Shown here one piece after another: positions 38,648 to 47,200 of a DNA stretch of 64,000 nucleotides (the first letter of the stretch is position 1; every line of letters starts with the position of its first letter). Below the pieces are notes generated by a model that was not told where the DNA came from, did no database searches, and saw only the letters and a list, made by a program, of their open reading frames with translations. Source of the stretch: Acidobacteriota bacterium (lineage in GTDB: Bacteria > Acidobacteriota > Thermoanaerobaculia > Gp7-AA8); contig JAFATB010000020.1 in NCBI GenBank assembly GCA_019244185.1, forward strand, positions 1-64,000, written 5' to 3'. The position numbers and the translations under genes were made by a program.

Positions 38648-39123
38648 ACGCGATGCTCGCGCTTCTCTTCACGCTGCTCGCGACCGCCGCGCGCGCCGAC
38701 GAGTTCCGCGCGCATCCAGCCGAGGCGCGGCTCACGCGGCGCGCGGTAGCGCCGGATGTCTCGTCGGGACGCGCGCATCGGTATCGCACGGTGTTGCGCG
38801 AGGAAGCGCGTGAAGGCGCGAACTTCAACGGGCATTACCGCGTCGCGTCGTGGGGCTGCGGCACGAACTGCATCGAGTGGGCGATTCTCGATCTGAAGAC
38901 CGGACGCGTGTGGCTCGCGCCGAAGCCGGCGGAGTCGTGCTGGGCGCCGGACGGCGACGAGGGCGCGGGACGCGACTGGTTCACGTTCCGGCTGTGGAGC
39001 AGCCTGCTCTACCTGCACACGTGCGATCCGTCGACCGACGGCAGGAAGACGTTCACCACGCGCAGCGTGTACGTCTGGACGCGCGGGACGTTGCAGCTGT
39101 TGCGCACGGAAGCGCTGCCGTAG
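38644..39123 (+). CDS. Secreted hypothetical protein
   Basis: Signal peptide; NFNGHY...WGCGTNC motif. Confidence 0.65.
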   Translation: MNAMLALLFTLLATAARADEFRAHPAEARLTRRAVAPDVSSGRAHRYRTVLREEAREGANFNGHYRVASWGCGTNCIEWAILDLKTGRVWLAPKPAESCWAPDGDEGAGRDWFTFRLWSSLLYLHTCDPSTDGRKTFTTRSVYVWTRGTLQLLRTEALP

Positions 39124-39129
39124 CGCGCG

Positions 39130-39606
39130 TCAGAAGTCCGACGGCGAAGCCTGGTTCCACATCTCGCGCGCGATCGTCCAGCGGCCGTCCGACTGGCGAT
39201 GCAGCACGAGGAGCATCTTCCCCCAGCCGTCGAACGTCTTGCCGTCGCCGAGCTTCACGACCTGATGTTCGCTGCACCACTCCGACGCCCACGGTCCGGA
39301 GACTTCGATCGCGTGACAGCGCATGTCGAACGACTCCATGTGCGCTCCGGCGAGCTGCTTCATCACGCCGTCGAGAAACGCGCCGATCGCCTTCTTCCCA
39401 ACGATCGGCGGCGTCGATGGCAGGAGGCTCACGCCGTCATCCGCCCACAACGCGAGCGTAGCCGCGTTGTCCATGTGCCGCGTGGCCGCGGCGAAGGCAT
39501 CGTTGAACTGCTCGATCTCGTGTTGCGGCGTCGCCGCGGAAACGCGCGGCACGACGAGCGCACTGAACGCGACGAAGAATACGAGCGCGAGACGGCGATT
39601 CTGCAT
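39130..39606 (-). CDS. Secreted SnoaL/DUF4440 (NTF2-like) protein
   Basis: Signal peptide; ALWADDG, IVGKKAI, GKMLLVLHRQSDGRWTIAREMWN. Confidence 0.78.
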   Translation of the reverse strand: MQNRRLALVFFVAFSALVVPRVSAATPQHEIEQFNDAFAAATRHMDNAATLALWADDGVSLLPSTPPIVGKKAIGAFLDGVMKQLAGAHMESFDMRCHAIEVSGPWASEWCSEHQVVKLGDGKTFDGWGKMLLVLHRQSDGRWTIAREMWNQASPSDF

Positions 39607-39657
39607 CGCCGCACGATACGACGATCGCCGCGGTGCGGCGCGCGCGCCACGGAATGT

Positions 39658-40644
39658 TTACTCCGTCGCGTCGAACATCCGCTGCAGCGCGCGCTCGGCG
39701 GGGACGCGCACGTCTTCGGGCACATCGATCTCGTAGCGCATGTAGAGCAGCGAGTCGCGCACGTCCTCGAGCGTCGTCACTTTCATGAACGCGCAGAGCT
39801 TGCAGCCTTTGAGGAACGTCTTGTCCGGCACTTCCATGGCCAGGCGGTCGGAGAGGCCGCATTCGGTGACGACGAGGAAGCGCGAGGCGGGGCGTTCCTT
39901 CGCGTAGCGCACCATGCCCGACGTCGACAGCACGGCGTCGGCGAGCTTGGCGACGTCGGGGCGGCATTCGGGATGGACGAGGATCTCCAGCTCCGGATCG
40001 GTGGCGCGGATCTTCGCGATCTCTTCCGGCGTGATCTGCTGGTGCACGTAGCAAAAGCCTTCCCACGGGATGATGTTCTTGTCCGGCACCTGATCGGCGA
40101 CGTGCCGCGCGAGGTTGCGGTCGGGCACGAAGAGGATGTTGCGGCTGTCGAGCGAGCGCACGACTTTCGCCGCGTTGGCGGACGTGACGATGATGTCGGA
40201 GAGCGCCTTCACCGCGGCGGTCGTGTTGACGTAGCTGACGACGGCGAGGTCGTCGTATTGCTTTTTCAGTTCGTCGATCTTCGCCGCGAGATCTTCGGCC
40301 GGCGCGGAGTCGGCGAGCTGGCAGCCGGCCATGAGGTTCGGCAGCAGCACGGTCTTCGACGGATTGACGATCTTCGCCGTCTCGGCCATGAAGTTGACGC
40401 CGCAGAATTCGATGACGTCGGCGTCGCGGACTTTCTGCGCCATGAGCGCGAGCTCGAGCGAGTCGCCGACGAAATCGGCCACCTTCAGAATCTCGGGACG
40501 GTAGTAGTTGTGCGCGACGATGACCGCGTTGCGCTGCTTCTTGAGCGCGCGGATCTCCTCGTGCAGCGCCTCGAACTCCCGCACTTCTTCTTCGCTGTAT
40601 TCGTACGTCGAGACGCGGCTCAATTCTTCGTAAAGCGTGGACAT
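39658..40644 (-). CDS. nadA: Quinolinate synthase
   Basis: IVAHNYYRPEI, FVGDSL, FCGVNFMAETAKI, AGC, YVNT, VHPEC. Confidence 0.95.
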   Translation of the reverse strand: MSTLYEELSRVSTYEYSEEEVREFEALHEEIRALKKQRNAVIVAHNYYRPEILKVADFVGDSLELALMAQKVRDADVIEFCGVNFMAETAKIVNPSKTVLLPNLMAGCQLADSAPAEDLAAKIDELKKQYDDLAVVSYVNTTAAVKALSDIIVTSANAAKVVRSLDSRNILFVPDRNLARHVADQVPDKNIIPWEGFCYVHQQITPEEIAKIRATDPELEILVHPECRPDVAKLADAVLSTSGMVRYAKERPASRFLVVTECGLSDRLAMEVPDKTFLKGCKLCAFMKVTTLEDVRDSLLYMRYEIDVPEDVRVPAERALQRMFDATE

Positions 40645-40645
40645 G

Positions 40646-40948
40646 TCACTCCCCATTTAGCGAATTCGAGGCCATCAACACCACCGTCGAGCCCCACCCG
40701 CCGCCCGACGGATCGGCGTCGTGAAAATCGAGCACGAAGTCGAGCGAGCGAAGCAGCGCGCGGATGTTTTCGCGCTGCACGCCGATCCCTCGGCCGTGGA
40801 TCAGACGCACCTGCGTGAAGCCGCGCGCGTGCGCTTCGCGGAGGTATTCGCGCGTGACGTCGCGCACTTCCGCGGCACGAAACGGGTGGAGATCGAGCGT
40901 GTCGGTGACCGGAATCTCGACCGGCTGCTCCTCATCCACGGCGCTCAT
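40646..40948 (-). CDS. Smr/MutS2 C-terminal domain protein
   Basis: LDLH, VRLIHGRGIG, GGGWGSTVV. Confidence 0.88.
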   Translation of the reverse strand: MSAVDEEQPVEIPVTDTLDLHPFRAAEVRDVTREYLREAHARGFTQVRLIHGRGIGVQRENIRALLRSLDFVLDFHDADPSGGGWGSTVVLMASNSLNGE

Positions 40949-40973
40949 TCTATGTGCGATACTTTCCCGCCTC

Positions 40974-42047
40974 ATGGTCCTCTTCAATCACGCCACCCGC
41001 GAGATGACGGCGAAGATCGTCTACTACGGTCCCGGCCTCTGCGGAAAGACCACGAACCTGATGGTCATCTTCGACAAGCTCGATCCCAAGTCGAAGGGAA
41101 AGATGCTGTCGCTGGCGACGAAGACCGACCGCACGCTGTTCTTCGATCTCCTTCCCGTCGACATCGGCAAAGTCGGCCCGTTCAATCTGAAGATCCAGCT
41201 CTACACGGTGCCCGGCCAGGTCTTCTACAACGAGACGCGCAAGCTCGTGCTCAAAGGCGCCGACTCGGTGGTCTTCGTCGCGGACTCGCAACCGGCGATG
41301 GTCGAGGCGAACCGGGAGAGCTTCGCGAACCTGCTCGAGAATCTCGACGAGAATCAGATCGATCCGAACGACACGCCGATCGTGATCCAGTTCAACAAGC
41401 GCGATCTCCCCGGTGTTCTGCCGGTCGAAAAACTTCAGGAAACGCTCGGCCTCGACGGCTATCCCTACACCGAGGCCGCCGCGATCAAAGGCGACGGCGT
41501 GATGGAGACGTTCAAGCTCGTCTCGAAGATCACCGCGAAGCATCTCTTCACCCGACTCAAGGGCGCCTCCTCGTCAGGCCCTGTCAAGAAAATGACACCG
41601 GCCAAAGTCGCGGTGCGCCCGCAGCCGGAGCCCGAGCCGGAGCCGGAGCCGGAAGCGCAGCAAGTCTCCGAGCCGGCCGCCGAAGCACCGAATCCCTTCG
41701 CCGATGCCGTCCCCTTCCCCGAGGCCGCCGCACCCGTCGAAGCCGATTACGACCGCGCCGAGGAAGTGTCGCTCGATCAATTGCTGGCCGAGGGACGCTC
41801 GCGCCCCGCAACGCTCACGGGTGACGTCGCGACGCCGATCGTGGAGCCGCACGAGGAAGTCGAAGAACTCGGCGCCGAACACCTCGTCGCCACCGACGCC
41901 CCCGCCGTCGCCGTCCTCGACGAGGAGCCCCTCGAAGCAAGAGTCCGCGAGCTCCAACGCAAACTCGACTCCCGCGACGCGACGCTGCGCGCCGTCCTGC
42001 GCGAGCTCGACGATCTGCGCGCGCGTGTGCTCGCCGAACTGGGATGA
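40974..42047 (+). CDS. MglA-like small GTPase with Pro/Glu-rich linker and C-terminal coiled coil
   Basis: KIVYYGPGLCGKTTNL, DRTLFFDLLP, LYTVPGQVFYN, FNKRDLP; ~160-aa C-terminal extension. Confidence 0.9.
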   Translation: MVLFNHATREMTAKIVYYGPGLCGKTTNLMVIFDKLDPKSKGKMLSLATKTDRTLFFDLLPVDIGKVGPFNLKIQLYTVPGQVFYNETRKLVLKGADSVVFVADSQPAMVEANRESFANLLENLDENQIDPNDTPIVIQFNKRDLPGVLPVEKLQETLGLDGYPYTEAAAIKGDGVMETFKLVSKITAKHLFTRLKGASSSGPVKKMTPAKVAVRPQPEPEPEPEPEAQQVSEPAAEAPNPFADAVPFPEAAAPVEADYDRAEEVSLDQLLAEGRSRPATLTGDVATPIVEPHEEVEELGAEHLVATDAPAVAVLDEEPLEARVRELQRKLDSRDATLRAVLRELDDLRARVLAELG

Positions 42048-42208
42048 CCGAGGGGCCTCCGGCGGGCCGGCGCGGCCGGCGGCGCTAAGGGCTTAGCCAG
42101 TACTCACGTGCGGCTGCCATCAACGACGTTAACCGCGACCGCACGTGCGTCTAGGCTAGGCCCTTAGCGCTGCCGGCCGCGCCGGCCCGCCGGAGGCGCT
42201 CCCGGTCA
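42045..42208. repeat. ~160-bp near-perfect inverted repeat (REP/MITE-like element or structured RNA)
   Basis: GCCTCCGGCGGGCCGGCGCGGCCGGCGGCGCTAAGGGCTTAGCC pairs with GGCTAGGCCCTTAGCGCTGCCGGCCGCGCCGGCCCGCCGGAGGC; inner CACGTGCGG/CCGCACGTG; outer TGACCG/CGGTCA. Confidence 0.85.
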
Positions 42209-42301
42209 ACTCCCGTCTCGCGAGCGTGCGCACGATCACATCGCCAGCGCGCGCGTGCCGTACAATCAGGCGTCCAAAAACAACCGGAGGAGACCCAACT
42301 C

Positions 42302-43069
42302 ATGCGTCGCACCATTCCAGTCGTTCTCTGTCTCGGACTCGCGCTCGCCGGCTGCAAGGCGAAAGAGCTCGCCGAGAAAGCCTCGATCTCGAAAGACCTC
42401 GACAAGCGCGGGACCACCGATCTCATGCAGGAGATCTCGAAAGACCAGTACACCCCGCCGGCGGATGGCCGCCTTTCCGACGCGCAGATCCAGATGTATT
42501 TGAAAGTGCGCGAGCAGGAAAAGAAGATCGCCCAGGTGGCGAAGGATGAGATGAAGAAGCACGCCGACGACGCGAAAAAGTCGGGCGAGAAGTCGATTGC
42601 CGGCATGATGGACGGCTTCAAGGCCCTCGGCTCCGCGGCGGACTTCGTGACCGCCGATCTGCGCGCCGCGAAAGACCTGGGCTACAACACGCAGGAATAC
42701 CTCTGGGTCAAGCAGCAGGTGCTCGCCGCGAGCACGGCCGCCATGTCCGAGAAATTCAGCGAAGGCATGGCCGCGAGCTTCGACAAAGCGTACGGCGAAG
42801 CGAAGAAAGCGTACGACGAGGCGAAGGACGAGCAGACCAGGAAGTTGTATGCCGATGTCCTCGCCGGCTACGACAAATCGAAGCAGGAGATGCAGGCGCA
42901 GCACAACGAAGACCCGGCCGTCGCGTACAACCGCCAGCTGCTCTCGAAGTACGAGAATGCGCTGAACGCGTACGCGCAGGAGCTGTCGAAGTACGAAGAC
43001 AAGCCGGGCGAGGCGCAGAAGAGCGTTCAGGACTTCGCGAAGCAGATGGACGCGCAGAAAAAGCAGTAA
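42302..43069 (+). CDS. Helical lipoprotein
   Basis: Lipobox LALAGC; SD GGAGG; Lys/Glu/Ala-rich helical sequence. Confidence 0.8.
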   Translation: MRRTIPVVLCLGLALAGCKAKELAEKASISKDLDKRGTTDLMQEISKDQYTPPADGRLSDAQIQMYLKVREQEKKIAQVAKDEMKKHADDAKKSGEKSIAGMMDGFKALGSAADFVTADLRAAKDLGYNTQEYLWVKQQVLAASTAAMSEKFSEGMAASFDKAYGEAKKAYDEAKDEQTRKLYADVLAGYDKSKQEMQAQHNEDPAVAYNRQLLSKYENALNAYAQELSKYEDKPGEAQKSVQDFAKQMDAQKKQ

Positions 43070-44169
43070 TGCAGCTCGCCTGCTCCGCGTGCGACTTCAC
43101 GTCGCCGATCCGCGAACTCGTTAATCTTTGTCCGTACTGCACGAGCCCGTTGCTCGTGCAGTACGACTTCGCGCCGCGTCCGCGCATCGCGGCGGGCCGC
43201 AACGACATGTGGCGGTACCGCGACGTGCTCCCCGAGGTCGCGGATGAGGAGATCGTGAGTCTTGGTGAGGGAGTGACACCGCTGCTCGCCTCGCGCACGC
43301 GCCCGGGCGTCTACATCAAAGACGAGAGCAAGAACCCGACGCGCTCGTTCAAGTCGCGCGGCATGTCCGCCGCGGTGACGATGGCGAAGAAGCTCGGCGC
43401 GCGGTCGCTGGCGGCGCCGACGGCGGGGAATGCCGGCGCGGCGCTCGCGGCGTACGGCGCGCGAGCGGGGCTGCCGGTCTTCGTGGCCATGCCTCCGGAC
43501 ACGCCGAGCTCCATCGTGGAGGAATGCCGCGGATACGGAGCGACGGTGGAATTGATCCCGGGCGTCATCACCGACGCCGCGAAGCGCGTGCGTGAGTACG
43601 TCGCGGAACACGGCGGCTTCGATCTGGCGACGCTGCGCGAGCCGTATCGCGTCGAGGGGAAGAAGATCATGGGCTACGAGCTGCTCGATGATCTCGGCGC
43701 GCTACCCGATGTGATTCTGTACCCCACCGGCGGCGGCACGGGTCTCATCGGCATGTGGAAAGCGTTCGACGAGATGGAGCGTCTCGGCTGGATCGATGCC
43801 CGGCGGCCGCGGATGTTCAGCGTGCAGTCGAGCGGTTGCGCGCCGGTCGTGCGCGCGTTCGAGCAGGGTCTCGACCGCGCGCCGGAGTGGGAGTCGCCGA
43901 AGACGACCGCGTGGGGCCTGCGCGTGCCGCGCGCCCTCGGCGATCGGCTGATGCTGCACGCGTTGCGCACGTCGAACGGCGGCGCGATCGCGGTGGACGA
44001 GGCGCGGATCGAGGATGCGGCGGCGGCGCTGCGCGTGAGCGAGGGCATCGACGCGGGTCCGGAGAGCGGCGCGGCGTGGCTCGCGTACGAGGAGTTGCGG
44101 GCGCGCGGCGCGATCGGCGCGGACGAGAGCGTGGTCGTCTTCAATACCGGCGCGAACAAGTACCGGTGA
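43069..44169 (+). CDS. thrC: Threonine synthase (PLP fold type II)
   Basis: N-term CxxC...CxxC, MWRY, SLGEGVTPL, KDESKNPTRSFKSRG, PTAGNAG, EGKK, PTGGG. Confidence 0.85.
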   Translation: MQLACSACDFTSPIRELVNLCPYCTSPLLVQYDFAPRPRIAAGRNDMWRYRDVLPEVADEEIVSLGEGVTPLLASRTRPGVYIKDESKNPTRSFKSRGMSAAVTMAKKLGARSLAAPTAGNAGAALAAYGARAGLPVFVAMPPDTPSSIVEECRGYGATVELIPGVITDAAKRVREYVAEHGGFDLATLREPYRVEGKKIMGYELLDDLGALPDVILYPTGGGTGLIGMWKAFDEMERLGWIDARRPRMFSVQSSGCAPVVRAFEQGLDRAPEWESPKTTAWGLRVPRALGDRLMLHALRTSNGGAIAVDEARIEDAAAALRVSEGIDAGPESGAAWLAYEELRARGAIGADESVVVFNTGANKYR

Positions 44170-44259
44170 CGCGCGTCACGACCGTTTGTAAACGCTGGTC
44201 TTACATTGCACGTCAAGTCATCGGGGTGTTCCCTTTCAATCGAGAGTCCGGAGATCGGA

Positions 44260-47200
44260 ATGAGAAAGCTCTTTCTCCTGGTGTTGTGCGTGGCGGTCGT
44301 GTGCGCGTTTGCAGGCGCCGCGGCGGCGCAGTGTCCGAGCATCACGCCCGTCTCGCCCGGCAACATGCAGAGCAACGTGCCGCGCGGAGACAACGGAAGC
44401 GTGACGCTGACCTGGAACGCCGTCGCCGGCGCGAATCACTACGAAGTCCACTTCGGTCCCATGGGCTCCGGCTGCGGCGCGTCGCCGGTGGGCAACGTCA
44501 CGACCACCCACTTCTCGCCGGATGGTCCGCTCGACGACGGTGTCATGTACGAGTGGCGCGTGCAGGCCATCGGCGTTCCGACGTGCGCCACGCCGCCGGA
44601 CTCGGGCTGCTCCACCTTCACCACCACCTCCTGCCCCACCCCGCCCAACCTCACCGCGCCTCCCGACACCACCATTCCGTACGGCTCGGTCACGCTGCAG
44701 TGGGATCCCTCGCCAAACGCCACGAGCTACGAGGTCTTCGTCGGGTTCGACAGCTACTCGCCGACGACGATGGGCTACACGACCGCGACGTCGAAGACGA
44801 TCGTCGTCGGACCGGGCCACTACATCGACTGGTACGTGCGAGCGCGCGCCACCGCGTGCGATGACGCCGAGTCGGTGCACGCGATGTTCAACACCTCGTG
44901 CCCGTCGACGCCGCCGCAGCTGCAGTCGCCCGGCGACGGCGCGACGCTGCCTGCATCCAACGTCGTCAACTTCAGCTGGACCGCCGTCCCCGGCGCATCG
45001 AGCTACGACCTCAAGATGTCGCCCGACGGCGGCACGACGTGGAACGTCGTCCTGTCGAACATCCACACCACGACCATCAGCGAATCGATCCCCGCGGGCG
45101 AATACCTGTGGGAGATCCGCGCGAACTTCGAAGGCGACTGCGACGCGCTCTACGCCGATCCGCGCACGCTGCACGTCGTCGGCGCCAGCTCGTGCGACGA
45201 CAATCATCCGGCGGAGCTGCTCTCGCCCGACAACGGCGCGGAGCACGTGGCGAACCCGGTGATGTTCGAGTGGTCGTCCGTGCCGAACGCGACGAGCTAC
45301 AGCCTCTTCGTACAGCGCGACAACGGCTCGCCGCAGCTCCTCGCCACCACCACCAACACGCACTACGAAGCGACGCTCGCCGCCACGACCGTGCACTGGA
45401 AAGTCGAGGCGTCGTTCGACGGCTGCCCGGGCGAGACGTCCGACATCCAGTCGTTCACGATCGGCACCGATACCTGTCCTGCGAATCCCGGCATCGCGAC
45501 GCTCGTCTCGCCGGCGAACAACGCGGGCGGCCTCAGCTCGCCCGTCACGTTCCGCTGGAACCCGGTCGCGGGCGCGACGCGCTACACCGTCTACGCGCTC
45601 TATCCGAACGCGCAGCCGCGCGAGCTCGGCGACACCGACGACACGCAGCTGAGCGCCGAGCTGACCACCGGCACCGGCCTCTGGTACGTGCAGACGCACT
45701 TCGGCGACGACTGTCCGACCACGCTCAGCGACCGCCGCGTCTTCACCGTCACCACCGGCGCCAATTGCACCAGCGCGCCGCCGCAGCTCACTGCGCCCGC
45801 GAACGGCGCGCATCTGCCGACGCCCGTCACCTTCGCATGGAGCGACGTCCCCGACGCGACCTCGTATCAACTCTTCGTCGCGGTCGGCGACGGCGGCTTC
45901 TCGCTCTACGGCGAAACCTCCGACAACTCGATCGAGCGCACGCTTCCGACCGGCAACATCAAGTGGTTCGTCGTGGCGAAGCTCGCGGCGTGTCCCGAGC
46001 TGCGCAGCGCGATCGGCTTCTTCGCCGTCATCGACGAGGTGAGCTGCCCCGACGGCACGATCGCGCTCACCGCGCCCGCCGCGGATGCGACGACGTCCTC
46101 GCCCGTGCACTTCGCGTGGAGCGCGGTCGCCGGCGCGACGTCGTACCGCGTGTGGGCGTCGTCGCACGACAGCGTCCCCGCGATCGTGGCGCGCACGAGC
46201 GCAACTGAAACCACCGTCGGTCTGCCCGCGGGCAGCTTCACGTTCTACGTCGAAGCGCTGCGCGATGGCTGCACGTCGATCCTCTCCGACGAGCGCGGGT
46301 TCACCGTCGCGCGCGCGCAGGGCTGCGAGAACCGTCCCGCGCCAACGCTCGTGTTTCCCGCCGGCACCGCGCAGCAGCCCACCGCGATCCACACGACGCC
46401 GGTCACGCTGACGTGGAACGCGGTGCCCGACGCGATCGGCTATCGCGTCTGGGTCGCGGGCGACGATCTCGCGTTCGCCGACGTCGCGCTGACGCGCGAT
46501 ACGCACTACGACTTCGAGGCCACGCGCGGCTCGTTCGTCTGGTTCGTGCAGGCGCTCTTCGACGGCTGCGATCCTGTCGCGTCGGCGCGCGCGTTCTTCA
46601 CCGTCGACATCGCCGAAGGGGAATGCCCCACCGGCGTCCCGACGATCACCTCGCCCGCCGAAGGCGCGACCGCGACCTCGCCCGTGACGTTCGCGTGGAC
46701 GGGCGTCGACGGCGCGAAGAAGTACCGTCTCTTGGTCTCCCTCAACGACGGCGAGCCGCAGCTCCTCGGCACCACCACCGACACCGAGCTGACGCGCATC
46801 CTGCCGCCGGGCAGCATCACCGCGAGCGTCGAAGCCGTGTTCGACGAATGCCCGTCGACGTTCGCCGCGCGCGTGCACTTCACGATTCCGCGCTCGCAGA
46901 GCTGCTCCGACACCGGCGCCGTGCTCGTCACGCCGCCCGACGGCGCGATGGGCGTCGCGAACCCGGTCGACTTCAGCTGGCAGCCGGTCAGCGGCGCGCT
47001 GCGCTACGTCGTCGTCGCCTCGCTCGACGGCGGCGCGCCGACCGCGCTCGGGACGACCGAGGACACGCACTTCTCGCGGAAGCTCCCGGTGGGACACATC
47101 GAATGGTTCGTGGTCGCGCTCTTCGCGAGCTGCGAGCCGGTCGAGTCGCAGCACTTCACGTTCGACATCGCGGACGGCGGCGCATGCGCGCACCGCGCGC

